The notes: generated from the letters alone by a model not told the origin. Positions 26,645 to 40,345 are shown, numbered from the stretch's first letter. The stretch: 64,000 nt of DNA from Malacoraja senta (GCA_038087875.1 CM075992.1:11844001-11908000); one strand, 5' to 3'. Translations and numbers: made by a program.

Positions 26645-29600
26645 ATGCATGACACCAAACAAAAGAACCTAGGAGGAATCTCATTTTGTAGTTGGAATAT
26701 AAGAGGTATTAACGAACCTATTAAAAGGGGTAAGATACTAGCTCAGCTGAAACTGTACAACTCCGACATTACCTTCCTACAAGAAACACACTTAAAATCT
26801 CAGGATCAAGTTAGGTTGAGGGCGAAATGGATAGGTCAAACATACCATTCTTCATTTACTTCAAAATCTAGAGGCACGTCAATCATCATAAGAAAAGGTA
26901 TACCATTTAAAGCAAAGAATATCATAACAGATATAGAAGGGAGATACCTAATAGTTAATGGAGAAATCCATGATACTCCACTTACCTTGGTAAATATATA
27001 TGCCCCTAACTTTGATAACCCCCACTTTTTCAATAAAATTTTCAACATAATTGCAGAGTCTAATTATCAAAATGTTATAATAAGAGGAGACTTTAACTGT
27101 GTTTTAGATCCGTACTTACATAAATCAAGCCAAAAACAGAGAGGGAATATGAAATCGAAAACCGGGGAACTTCTCAATACCTATATAAACAATACTAATA
27201 TAGCAGATGTTTGGAGAATTGTTAATCCAACTGGCAGGGAATACTCGTTTTATTCAATGGTACATAAGACATACTCACGTATAGACTACTTTCTGCTGGA
27301 TACAAAATTAATCCCCTAAACATCTAACCCAATATACCACACAAATTCGATTTCAGACCATTCTCCACTAACTTTCTTTTTAAAACTGGAAGGAATGTTT
27401 AAGAATAAATCGTTTTGGAGATTTAATTCTCAAATTCTAAAAGATCCACAAGCGAGTATATATTTAAAAGAACAAATGGAGGTCTTTTTTCAAATAAATG
27501 ATACTCCAGATGTATCGCCTACTGTATTATGGGAATCTTTTAAAGCATACATTAGGGGTATTATAATTTCATATCAAGCTTTTCAAAATATAAAGAATAA
27601 GAATGAACAAAGACAGTTAGAAGAACTTATTAGACAAATGGGTATAGATAATGCTAAAGATCCATCAATAGATAAACATAATAAAATAATAATTTTGAAA
27701 TTTAAATTAAATAAATTATTATCTGCCAAACTTATAAGACTTTTTCAAATGACAAAACAAGAGCACTTTGAATTTGGGGATAAACCGCATAAACTTTTGG
27801 CTCACCAGCTAAAAAAACGAGAAAAGGAACATACTATACCAAAGATCAAATCAGATAAAGGGGAATTATTAACAACACCGAAGGATATTAATAAAAGATT
27901 TGCGCAATTTTATGAGAATTTGTATACATCTAAAACGACAATTGATTCCAATAATATCACAAAGTTTTTGGATAACTGTAATCTTCCAAAGTTAGAGCTG
28001 AAGGAACAAGAGGAATTGGGTGCACAAATCTCAATTAAGGAATTAGAAGATACAATAATCTCACTAAAGAATGGAAAAACACCAGGCCCTGATGGATTTA
28101 CTAATGAATTTTATAAAAGCTTTTATGATAAAATAATACCAAGATTACAAAAAATGTACCAATATGCTTTAAAAAAACGAATACTACCTGATACATTAGC
28201 GGAATCAACGATTACACTAATACCTAAGAAAAACAAAGATTTAGAAGAACCTGGTTCATATAGAGCTATAGCATTGTTAAACACAGATCAAAAAATATTA
28301 GCGAAAACATTAGCTAGAAGATTAAATAAATACATTAGTAAATTAATAAACCCAGATCAGACGGGTTTAATCCCTAAGAGATTCTCATCTAACAATATGA
28401 GACGTCTACTCAACATAATGCACTCACACAAATCTGAAGATCAAGAATTATCAATTATTTCGCTGGATGCTGAAAAAGCATTTGATCAAGTAGAATGGAA
28501 TTATATGGATAAAGTATTACAAAAATTCCAACTGGGGGAGAATTTTATTCTATGGATCAAGTTACTATATAACAAACCTACAGCTAGAATACTAACTAAT
28601 AACATATTATCCTCGAAATTCCAACTATCAAGGGGAAATAGACAAGGATGCTCATTATCACCACAGCTGTTTGCTCATTATTGAACCGCTAGCAGAAAAA
28701 ATTAGAATACACCCTGATATCCATGGATATAATACTAAAGACTCATATAATAAAATATCTTTATACGCGGATGATATATTACTGTACATTACAAAACCTC
28801 AAATCACTATACCAAATATATTAAATTTAATTGAAGACTTTGGATCTTTTTCTGGATATAGAATAAATTGGAATAAAAGTGAAATTATGTCAATAAAACC
28901 GAAAGATTCAACACATCTTTTAAAATTCCTTTTTAAAATAGCTACAGAAAAATTTAAATACTTGGGAATCGAAATTACCAGAACATATCAAGGTATGTTT
29001 AAGGCAAATTTTGACCCCCTACTTAATAAATTAAACACACTAATTAAATTCTGGAAAACGCTCCCGATGTCTTTAATAGGCCGAATAAATGCAATAAAAA
29101 TTATCTTTCTACCACAAATTTTATACCTATTTCAATCGATTCCTATATACTTACCAAAGAAGTTTTTTAGAAAACTCGACTCAGATATCACTAATTTTAT
29201 ATGGGACTGTAAATCACATAGAATTCAAAAAACTCATCTGAATAAACCTAAAGTATTAGGGGGTTTAGCACTACCTAATTTTATGTATTATTATTGGTCA
29301 GTAAATATTAAAAATATGATTCAACTGATGGATAACTCAGCCCAGCAAGTGGACTGGATTGTAATGGAGAAAGAGGATTGCTCCTCTGGAAACATTGGAG
29401 CGATCCTCCTCTCTCCAATGAAATTGAATAACATAAATTATAATAAGAACCCAATTATTCATAGTACAATCCGAATTTGGAAACAAATAAAACAAAATTT
29501 AAAATTAAGAAATTTATCACTTTTATTACCTATAGTTAATAACCCTTCATTTAATCGCTCTATTATAGATAAAGCTTTTACACATTGCGATAGACTAGGA

Positions 29601-30434
29601 ATTAAAACGCTTGGTGACTTGTATGAAACTGGAAAATTACTTTCATTTCAACAATTACCAATAAAATATAAACTCGGAAATAATCAATATTTTAAATATC
29701 TTCAAATATGCGACTATTTGAAAAAATATACAAAATATCATTATAATAACCCAGTAGATGTATTGGATGAGGCAATGCAGATAAAAGCTGAATCAGCAAA
29801 CTTAATATCATATTTGTATAATATTATCTTAAATGTACAAATACCATCTACGGAGGGTATCAGAAGAGACTGGGAACAAGAGTTAGCTATTAAAATTTCA
29901 AAGGAAAGTTGGAATGAACACTTATTAAACGTGCATAAATGTTCGATTAATGTAAGACACACTTTAATACAATTTAAAATTTTATATAGATTATATTATT
30001 CGAAAACTAAAATTCATAAAATGTTCCCAAATGTATCATCTATTTGTGATAAATGTCAATCCCAAGAAGCTACTATAGCGCACTCATTCGTTTTCTGTAC
30101 AAAAATTCAAAAATTTTGGAATGAAATTTTTGAAATCTTTACAAAGTTATTTAAAATAAGACTGATACCCAAAGCAGAATGGATTATCTTCGGAATAACG
30201 GAAGATGGTCCAGAACTAAATGTGTTTCAAAAGAAACTAATAGACTTTGGGTTAATAACTGGAAAAAAGCTAATTCTAAAATTTTGGAAGAAGGCTCCAA
30301 TACCAACTATAAATTTGTGGATTTCAAATATGTTCGAAACATTACACCTAGAAGAGATAAGACTCCTCCTAGCAGGTAAACCAGATCACTTCCACCTGAC
30401 GTGGTCTGCATTTATAGAATTATTACAAATATAG
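26645..30434 (+). pseudogene. L1 ORF2 (EN-RT-CCHC) with one nonsense codon (27317) and one frameshift (~28672)
   Basis: SWNIRG, FLQETH, GDFN, PGPDG and YADD across ORFs 26645-27319, 27395-28684 and 28671-30434. Confidence 0.92.
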
Positions 30435-30871
30435 GGTGCAAAAGTACTTTAAAAAAAAATTGAGGTCAGGTAAGGGGGGATGATAGTTGAAGAGTTGGTA
30501 TGTCCCATTTACGTAATGCTCATAAAAATATTTGTTTCTCTCTTTTTCCTCTCTCTTTCTCTTTCTTTTCTAGGGTCTATTTCTTAACTCTTTTTCTTTT
30601 GTTTTTAATTTTGCTCTTATAGGGTCTTCGTCCTTTTTTGTTGTCACATTTTCTACACTCTCACTTTTTCCTTCACTTTCTTCTTTCTTTCAATCTTTTC
30701 TTTTTCTAGTGTAAAAAATAAATGGAGTACATTAATTGTAAGAAGACATAAGTGACGAGTACTAATGTATGTGGTTGTAATGTAATGTACTTCTAATAAA
30801 TATAAATTAAAAAAAAATAATAATAATGACTCCCACTTCAGTACCTTGTCTCAGTAGCTGTGTAATGTGGA

Positions 30872-31412
30872 GGTTGACACAAAATGCTGCAGAAACTCAG
30901 CGGGTGAGGCAGCATCTACGGAGAGAAGGAATTGGTGATGTTTCGGGTCGAGTCCCTTCTTCAGACTGAAGTCAGGGGACTAGTGGGAAGACTGGGAATG
31001 GGAGGGGAAGGGGTGGGAGAGCAAGGTTTACCTGAAGTTAGAGAAGTCAATGTTCATACCGCTGGGGTGCAGACTACCCAAGTGAAATATGAGGTGCTGC
31101 TCCTCAAACAGCCCCTCATATTCCACTTGGGTATTCTACACCCCAGCGGTATGAACATTAACTTCTCTAACTGCAGGTAGCCCTTGCTCTCTCTCTCCCC
31201 TTCCCCTCCCCTTCCCAGTCCTCCCACTAGTCCCACTGTCTCCACCCATTTTCTTTCTTCGTCCTATCTCCTCCCCTGACATCAGTCTGAAGAAGGGTCT
31301 CGACCCGAAACATCACCAATTCCTTCTATCCATAGATGCTGCCTCACCCGCTGAGTTTCCCCAGCATTTTGTGTCTACCTTCGATTTTACCAGCATCTGC
31401 AATTCTTTCTTA
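30872..31412. mobile_element. Penelope-like non-autonomous element forming a long inverted repeat
   Basis: 30876-30968 is the near-perfect reverse complement of 31282-31375. The inner arms 31026-31073 and 31133-31180 are also inverted. Confidence 0.65.
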
Positions 31413-31694
31413 AACAGCTGTGTAATTTGTTTTGTTCTACAGTAATGTAGGAACAATATGAAACCAACAGACAGGCTGGTCCTTTGTAAATTCTCCACAT
31501 GTTGTGCAACTTCAATTATTTACTGTAAGAGAAGTGAAAGGTTTGGATTTGCAACGTCACAGAAGTCTGAAGAATGGTCCTGAGCCAAAATGTCTTTCCA
31601 TGTTCTTCAGTGATACAGCCTGACCCACAGAGTTACTGCAGCACTTTACATCTATTTTTGTAAACCAGATCCTTGTTTCTACCACAGTCGTTAC

Positions 31695-31785
31695 CTTGAC
31701 ACCAGGTTACTGTTTTATCAGTGAATGTAATGCGTCCAGTGTTGAAGACAAATCCGTCCTGACAGGTGCACTGATAACTTCCCAG
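31695..31785 (-). pseudogene. 5'-broken EGF-like exon (second EGF type)
   Basis: Minus strand LGSYQCTCQDGFVFNTGRITFTDKTVTWCQ followed by a phase-1 donor CAAG|gtaac. The upstream half is replaced by CR1-like 3' sequence. Confidence 0.75.
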
Positions 31786-32184
31786 AGCACGTCTCCTGTA
31801 AATTTTCCTGCTCTCACCTTCAAATGATGCCTCTAGTCTTTAACATTTTCACCAACAACCTGTCCTGGACCAAGCACATTGAATCTATGACAAAAGAGCA
31901 CAACATTGTCTCCATTTCCTCAGGACACTGAGGACATTCAGCATATCTCCAATAACTCTCACCAACTTCAAGAGTTGTGGATGTAGCACAGTCCATCACA
32001 CAGAGCAGCCTCCATCTATACATCACCCTGTCTCATGGAAGCAGCCAACGTAATCAAGGACCAGTCACACCTGGTCACTCCCTCTTCACCCCACTCCCAT
32101 CAGGCAGAAGGTACACAAGCTTGAAAGTAGTTACCACCCTACACAGGAACAGCTTCTTCCCTTCTTATCAGATTATGATCTCCG

Positions 32185-32978
32185 AGGCGGTGCCGTCGAG
32201 TATGCAGCTGTTCGTCTTTTCCCCCCCTTTTTTAGTATGTCAAAAGTTTTTGATTTTGGAGGTCTAGTCTTTTGATGTGGGGGGAGGGGGGGAAGGGGGA
32301 AACTGTATTTCTCTGTCCCTACCTGGTCGGAGATGTGGCTTTCCTCCGAGCCGCATCTTCGCCCCTTCCTCGTGGCCTACCAGCAGGACTAGAGCGGCGT
32401 TTCCTGCCGGGACCAGCCAGAAACTCAGCTTCGGCGGCGGCACAGCCCTGAAGCACCATCACGGAGGGGGCGATGCTTTACCCGGGTCGCCATGTGGTAA
32501 GCTCCGGAGTGCTTGGACCGCCGACTCCAACATCGTGGAGCTGTGGTCGCGGAGCGTCCAGCTGCGGGCGGTGCTGCGTTTAAACACCGCGGAGCCTGGG
32601 ATCTCTCGCCGAGATCGCCAGTGTTGGAGCCCCGACCAGCACGACCTGTGGACTTCGGGGGCCGCGGTCTCTGGCAGCAAGCGGCCGTTCCAGACATTCC
32701 AGGCCGCTGAGAGTGTTCCTCTGACACCGGAGCTCCATCATCCGGCGAGAGGGCCTGAAACATCCGGCCACCGTCGCGGCGACTGCGGAGGCCTCAAATA
32801 GGCCCCGACCACGGGTGAAGAAGAGGAAGAGGACTGGACTTTGCTGCTTTCCCTCACAGTGGGAACCATTGTGGGAGGATGATTTTATGTTTAATGTCAA
32901 GTTCTTTAAAGTTGTGTTTTATTTATATTGGTGTGCTGCAAATGGCAACTCAAATTTCACTGCACCAAAAATGGTGTC
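32185..32978 (+). mobile_element. GC-rich non-autonomous LINE/SINE-like element
   Basis: CpG-rich body ending in a LINE-like 3' end (AAATTTCACTGCACC..TGGTGT); no convincing ORF. Confidence 0.5.
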
Positions 32979-33033
32979 CTTTGTCCTTTAATTTAGGGAG
33001 TAATCCAGATCTTCCAACCTAAACCACATTGCT

Positions 33034-33840
33034 TATTAGATTTAGATTAGATTCCTTTATTGTCATTCAGACCTTTTGGTCCGAACGAAATTTCTTTGCC
33101 TGCAGTCATACATATAATAAATAACAAACACACAATAAACACAAATTAACATCCAACACAGTGAGTTCACCAGGCACCTCCTCACTGTGATGGAGGCAAA
33201 AGTCTTAAAGTCTCTGTCTCTTCCCTCTTTGTTCTCCCTCTGCGCTGAGGCGATCCAGGCTTCTGATGCTGTGACCCCGCCGGGTGATGGCAAGACAGTC
33301 CCGCGGCTGAATCCGTGCTCCGTCCGCGACGGGCCGGTTCAAACTCCGCGGCCCGGGGTGGCCAAAGCTGCCGCCCTCCAGCCCAGCGGACGCAGCTGTA
33401 GTTGCGGGAGCCCCAGAAAAACAGGTCACCCACCTGTGACCTGCGAGCTCCCGACGATGTCGTCCACCGAGCCTCCGGATTTAGGTCGCCACCAGTGTCC
33501 TCGGTCGCCACCGCTGGAACGCCACCGCAGCCCCAAAGCCGGCCAGCCCCGCGCTGGTAAGTATGACTCGATGTCGGTCGGTCGCAGTTGGAGTTGGAGG
33601 CCGGCAGCTCCGCCATTTTGGCCTCAGCGCAGACGGGGGCAGAGAAGGGGGATACGACAAGAAAAAGTCGCATCGCCCCGAAGGAAGAGACAGAAAACAT
33701 GTTTCATCCCCCCCCCCCAACATACACAACCCAATAAACTAAAATTTGATTAAAACAGGACAAAAAGAAAACAACAAAAAAAGTAAAAACAGACGGACTG
33801 CAGGCGAGCCGCAGCTGTGCAACAGCGCCGCCACTTCCGG
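33034..33840 (-). mobile_element. GC-rich non-autonomous LINE/SINE-like element
   Basis: Starts CCGGAAGTGGCGGCG and ends ...TGACAATAAAGG followed by an (AATCT)n tail. Confidence 0.55.
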
Positions 33841-34040
33841 ATATTGGACTTGTTCACTGTAACTGTAACGCTACAATGCTATCAAACTATGTTCCATATT
33901 CGGGTATTTTCTCTTTGAACAACCTGTTGTATTTGTGTGTGAGATAACTGTATGCATGTATAGTATTATCCAATCTAATCTGCACCAGTGTAATCCAATG
34001 GCGTTTCCAATCTCATTCAAGGACAAACTCACCAAAGGTG

Positions 34041-34507
34041 GTACAGTCATACAGAGGTGGGTCTGGGTGTAGAGGGTGTGGTACAGTCATACACAGGTGG
34101 GTCTGGGTGTAGAGGGTGTGGTAGAGTCATACACAGGTGGGTCTGGGTGTAGAGGGTGTGATACAGACATACACAGGTGGGACTGGGTCTAAAGTGTGTG
34201 GTACAGTCATACACAGGTGGGTCTGGGTGTAGAGGGTGTGGTACAGTCATACACAGGTGGGTCTGGGTGTAGAGGGTGTGATACAGTCATACACAGGTGG
34301 GTCTGGGTGTAGAGGGTGTGGTACAGTCATACACAGGTGGGTCTGGGTGTAGAGGGTGTGGTACACACAGGTGGGTCTGGGTGTAGAGGGTGTGGTGCAG
34401 TCATACACAGGTGGGTCTGGGTGTAGAGGGTGTGATACAGTCATACACAGGTGGGTCTGGGTGTAGAGGGTGTGGTACAGTCATACACAGGTGGGACTGG
34501 GTGTAGA
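34041..34507. repeat. 40-bp minisatellite, ~11.8 units (one 34-bp unit)
   Basis: Unit GTACAGTCATACACAGGTGGGTCTGGGTGTAGAGGGTGTG. Confidence 0.97.
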
Positions 34508-35564
34508 ATATGGTCGTGTGATAAATGATGAACCTCATGATGTGCCTGCTGAATCTGTCCATTTGGATTTCAGGCAGAAGTGGCCCTTGCACAATCCTTG
34601 TGGAGACAATGTCCATCTTCTCCCATCTGTTGGCAGTTGGGCTGAAGGGCTGTATGACTCTATGATATTTACAGTATATATTTTATACACAAGAGGTGCC
34701 AATTGTGAAGACAACTAAAGGAATAGAAGTGGAAAGGAACGGAGTGGGGGCATGAGGGAGAAGGAGAGAAATGGGAACAAATCCAGGTGGGACACAGGGA
34801 CTGGAGGGGAAAAATGCTGGGGCAAGGGTAGGGTTTATTTGTAGCTGACTTATCTAAAACCGGAGAATTCAATACTCACACTCAAGTGGAATATAAGGTA
34901 CTGGGTTTTTTTCAGCTTGTATGTTGCCTCACTGTGGCAAAGTATAAGGCCCAGGAAAGAAAATTCAGTATGGGAATGGGAAGCGGAGTTAAAATGGTTA
35001 ACAACCTGGAGGTCTAATAGGCCCTGGCAGATTGAACATAACTATTCGGTCATGTAGTCTGCGGTTGGTCTCGCCAATGTAATGGAGGCCACATCTGGAA
35101 CATTGAATGCAGCTGCAGGGGAAAGTACCTGATGGCTTGGATGGGAAGGGATGTGAGCCAATGCTTTGTGGAGAGAACAGTCTATGTAGAAGGTGGAAAG
35201 AGTGGGGATGTAAAGATGTTGTAATAATGTTAGAGATTAGAAACCGCCATTAATGTTTAGATATCTCACCATTCCCTGACAGTGATCTACGACTGTTGAA
35301 TATCTCACCAGCACCATACTAGAACTAGGGTGAAGGAAGGGGACAAAGGGAGAGGGGGGAGTGGAGAGGTGTGTATGTTGAAGTTACTTAAAAGTAGAGA
35401 ATTCTATGTTCATACTGCTGGGTGATAAGCTACCCAAACAAAATATGAGGTATTGGTCTTCTGGTTTGCATGTGGCCTCACTCTAGCAATAGAGGAGGCT
35501 CAGGTCAGAAAGGTGAGTAAGGAAATGGGAAGGGGAGTTGAAATAGTTAGCAACCGGAAGATCT

Positions 35565-38500
35565 CACAGCCAATATAAGTAAGGCTGCTCTAGGGGAGCG
35601 ACCTTGTGAGGGAAGTGCCTTGGGAGAAAAGTGTGAGTCTTTGGCTCAAGAGTCTTCGGCGAGGAGGCTGAGGAGACAAGATTACACAAAAAGCTGGAGA
35701 GGACAGGACGTGGTGAACACATGATGGGTGAGATGAGACAGTGTGATGCTTGCAGGACGTGGGAGGCACTGGAGAAGCAGCTGGATGACCGCATGGCCAT
35801 CTGGGAAAATGAGAGTTTCCTGGACAGGACCTACAGTGAGGTGGTCACGCCCAGGATACATGAAGAGCGAAGGTGTGTGACTGTGAGAAAGAGGAGTAAC
35901 CGTGGAGTGCAGGAGACACAGGTGGCTGTGCCTAATGAAAGCAGGTACGCCCTCTTAGGAACTGTCGGTGGAGATGATGCTTCCAGTTCGAGCTGGGACT
36001 CGACCAGAGAGATCGACGTCGGGCAGAGCTATAGTGGTGGGTGACTCCATTGTCCGAGCTGCAGACTGGAGATTCTGTGGCGGAAGGCGAGGTGTGAGGA
36101 TGGTCTGTTGCCTGCCTGGTTGGTGCCAGGGTTCAAGATGTCACAAACCGAATTCAGAACATCCTCGAGAGGGAAGGTGAACTGACGGCAGTAGTTGTGC
36201 ATGTAGGCAGAAACGACATCGGGAAGAAGAGGAAGGAGGTTCTGCAAAGTGAGTTCAGAGTAAGGAAAATGACTGAAAAGCAGGACTTCTAGGGTGGTTA
36301 TTTCTGGATTGCTTCCAGTACCTCGTGCTAGTGAGGACAGAAACAGGGAGATAGGGGATTTGAATGTGTGGCTGGGGGGGCTGGTGCAGGGAGCAAGGAT
36401 TTAGATTCATAGACCACTGGGATCTCTACTGGGGTTGGGATGACCTGTACAAAAGGAACGGGTTACACCTTAACTGGAGGGAGACCGACGTTCTGTTAGG
36501 CAGGATTGCTAGGGCTACACGTGCGGGTTTAAACTAAATAGTGGGGGGGAGGGATTGACAAATTGGGAGTCTAAAGATGGAGTTGAAGGGGAAGTGGCTA
36601 CAGGAAAAGTTACAAAATACGCCCAAATTAATGGGAAGCAAAGTTCGAGAAGGGATAAGAGAGTAAGTTCAGGGCCAATTGCAAGCGGTGTGAGAGGGGA
36701 GGTGAATACCGAGGTCAAAGTGTTGTATATGGGCATCCTTTTGTTTTTTGTACAAAAATCCAAAAATTCTGGTATGAAATATTTGATATTTTTTCAAAAT
36801 TAATTAAAATAAAACTGGTACCAAACCAGAATGGATCATTTTTGGAATATTGGAAGGTATCCCTGAATTAAACGTGTATCAGAAGAATTTATTCAATTAC
36901 GGGCTAATAATGGGAAAAAAGCTCATACTTAAATTCTGGAAAAATGCGCCCACACCAACAATAAAAATGTGGACATTAAATATGTTTGAAACATTACATC
37001 TGGAAGAGATGAGATTCCTCTTAGCAGGTAAAGCAGACCAATTCCAAAAGACGTGGTCTACGTTTCTGGACCAATTACAAGCATGAGGTGCAATAGTAAT
37101 TTAAAAAATAAATAAATAAAGAAATGGTATCAGGACCTGGTAATGGGAGGTAAAACAATAAAAATGGACTTGGTTGGTGGTCCCCTTTCTGCGGAGTATA
37201 ATGTTATAATAGAGCGATTGTTCCTACTTTCTTTTTCTTTCTTTTCTAGGGTCTACTTTCTTACTTTACTTCCTTCTCTAACTTCTTTTCTAAGGGGCTT
37301 TCTTTCCCAACACTCTCTTGCACTTCACGACTTGCGCACTTTCTTTACTTTTCTTACTTCTATCTTTCTCTTAAAGCTCAAAAAAATGAAGCGGTACAAA
37401 AAATGTATTAAGATATAAGTGTTGTGTATTACTGTAATTTACCGTACTTCTAATAAAAAAAATTAAAAAAAAGAAGAAAAAAAAAGTGTTGTATATGAAT
37501 GCGTGAAGTATCAGAAATAAAGTGGACGAGCTTGAGGCTCAGTTAGAAATTGGCAAGTATGATGTTATGGGAATGACTGAGACATGGCTGCAAGAGGGCC
37601 AGTCCTGGGAACTGAATATTCAAGAATACGTCCCGTCGAAAAGACAGACAGGTGGGCAGAGGGGGTGGGGTTGCTCTGTTGGTGAGGAATGAAAACAGTC
37701 CCTTGCAAGGGGTAACATTTAAACAGGAGATGTGGAGTCAGTGTGGTTAGAACTAAGGAATTATAAGGGTAAAAAGACCCTAATGGGAATAATCTACAGG
37801 CCCCCAAACAGTAGCCTGGACATAGGACGCGTTGAATTAGGAGTTAAAATTGGCATGTGGCAAAAGCAATGCTGTGGTTGTTATGGGAGATTTCAACATG
37901 CAGGTAGTCTGGGAAAATCAGGTTGGTACTGGACCCCAAGAAAGGGAGTATGTGGAGTGCCTCTGTGATGGATTCTTTGAGCAGCTTGTATTGGAGCCTA
38001 CCAGGGAGAAGGCAATTTTGGATTTAGTGTTATGTAATGAACCGGATCTGATAAAGGAAGTTGAGGTTAAGGAGCCATTAGGAGGTAGTGACCATAACAT
38101 GGTCTAGTTTAATCTACAATTGGAAAGGGAGAAGAGTAGATCGGAGGTGTCAGTGTTACAATTAAATAAAGGGGACTATGGAGCCATGAGATAGGAGCTG
38201 GCCAAAGTTAACTGGAAAGATACCCTAGCAGGGATGACAGTGGAACAGCAATGGCAGGTATTTCTGAGAATAATATAGAAGGTGCAGGATCAGTTCATTC
38301 CAAAGAGGAAGAAAGATTCCAAGGGGAGTAAGGGACGACCGTGGCTGACAAGGGACGTCAGGAACAGTATAAAAATACTGTAAAAGAAAAGAAGTAGAAC
38401 GTAGCAAAGATGAGCGGGAAGCAAGAAGTTTGGGTAATGTTTAAAGAACAAAAGAAGATAACTAAATAGGCAATACGGGGAGAAAAGATGAGGTATGAAG

Positions 38501-40345
38501 TAAGCTAGCTAAGAATACAAAGGAGGATAATAAAAGCTTCTTTACGTATGTGAAGAGGAAAAAATTAGTTAAGACCAAAGTTGGTCCTTTGAAGACTGAA
38601 AAAGGTGAATTTATTACGGGGAACAAGGAAATGGCAGATGAGGTGAACAGATACTTAGGATTCGTCTTCACTAAGGAGTACACAAACAATCTTCCTGATG
38701 TACTAGTGGCCAGAGGATCCAGGGTGGCAGAGGAACTGAAGGGAATCCACATTAGGCAGGAAATGGTGTTGGGTAGACTGATGGGATTGAAGGCTGATAA
38801 ATCCCCAGGTGCCTGATGGTCTGCATCCCAGGGTACTTAAAGAAGTGGCTCTAGAAATCGTGGATGCATTGGTGATCATTTTCCAGAGTTTTATAGATTC
38901 AGGATCAGTTCATGTGGAGTGGATGGTAGCTAACGTTATTCCACTTTTCAAGAAAGGCGGGAGAGAGAAAACAGGGAATTATAGACCAGTTAGCCTGACA
39001 TCGGTGGTGGGAAGATGCTGGAGTCAATTATAAAAGATGAAATAGTGGCACATTTGGATAACAGTAACAGGATCGGTCAGAGTCAGCATGGATTTACGAA
39101 GGGGAAATCATGCTTGACTAATCTTCTGGAATTTTTTGAGGATGTAACTAGGAAAATGGACAAGGGAGAGCCAGTGGATGTAGTGCACCTGGAATTTCAG
39201 AAAGCATTTGATAAGGTCCCACATAGGAGATTAGTGGGCAAAATTAGGGCACATGGTATTGGTGGTAGCGGCCTGACATGGATAGAAAATTGGTTTTACA
39301 GACAGGAAACAAAGAGTTAACGGGTCCCTTTCAGAAAGGCAGGCAGTGATTAGTGGCGTACCACAAGGCTCGGTGCTGGGACCACAGTTATTTACAATAT
39401 ACATGAATGATTTAGATTAAGGGATTCAAAGTAACATTAGCAAATTTGCAGATGACACAAGCTGGGTGGCAGTGTGAATTGTGAGGAGGATGCTATGAGA
39501 ATGCAGGGTGAATTGGACAGGTTGGGTGAGTGGGCAGATGCATGGCAGATGCAATTTAATGTGGATAAATGTGAGGTTATCCACTTTGGTAGCAAAAACA
39601 GGAAGGCAGATTACTGTCTTAATGGTGTCAAGTTGGGAAAAGGGGAAGTACAACAGGATCTGGGGGTCCTTGTTCATTAGTAAATGAAAGTAAGCACAGC
39701 AGGCAGTGAACAAAGCAAATGGCATGTTGGCCTTTATAGCAAGAGGAGTTGTGTTTAGGAGCAAAGAGGTCCTTCTGGAGTTGTATAGGGCCCTAGTGAG
39801 ACCACACCTGCAGTAATGTGTGCAATTTTGTTCCCCTAATTTGAGGCAGGACATTTCTGCTATTGAGGGTGTTCAGCTTAGGTTTACAAGGTTAATTCCC
39901 GGGATGGCGGGACTGTCATATGCTGAGAGAATGTAGCAGCTGGGCTTGTATACTCTGGAGTTTACAATGATGAGAGGGGATCTTATTGAAACATATAAGT
40001 TTATTAAGGGTTTGGACAAAGTTGAGGCAGGAAACATGTTCCCAATGTTGGGGGAGTCCAGAGCCAGGGGCCACAGTTCAAGAATAAGAGGTAAGCCATT
40101 TAGAATGGAGACGAGGAAACACTTTTTCTCACAGAGAGTTGTGAGTCTGTGGAATTTTCTGCCTCAGAGGGCAGTGGAGGTTTCCTGGATACTTTCAAGA
40201 GAGAGCTAGATAGGGCTCTTAAAGATAGTGGATTCAGATGATATGGGGAGAAGGCAGGAACAGGGTATGATTAACCATGATCACATTGAATGGCGGTGCT
40301 GGCTCGCAGGGCTTAATGGCCTGCTCCTGCACCTATTGTTATCTT
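35565..40345 (+). mobile_element. Near full-length degenerate CR1-type LINE (same subfamily as 4300-9547) with L1 insert
   Basis: Esterase ORF1 remnants (GDSIVR), EN/RT remnants and the 3' UTR. Confidence 0.92.
36732..37482 (+). mobile_element. 5'-truncated L1 (second subfamily) with 15-bp TSD
   Basis: TSD AAAGTGTTGTATATG at 36717-36731 and 37483-37497. Encodes KKLILKFWK...FQKTWSTF and ends in poly-A. Confidence 0.92.

Larger units (their letters stand above)
24495..30823 (+). mobile_element. Full-length L1 LINE with 15-bp TSD
   Basis: TSD TAAT(T/G)ACTCCCACTT at 24480-24494 and 30824-30838. Contains 5' UTR, ORF1, an ~830-bp spacer, ORF2, 3' UTR, AATAAA and an A-rich tail. Confidence 0.96.

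Noticed and set aside
32277..33753. GC-rich ORFs of 106-188 aa / CpG-island promoter
   Set aside because: Overlapping low-information ORFs on both strands within two repeat-like elements with LINE-type tails.
34041..34507. CRISPR-like array or mucin-like coding repeat
   Set aside because: Units are head-to-tail with no unique spacers. The 40-bp period causes frameshifts and regular stops, and the context is eukaryotic.
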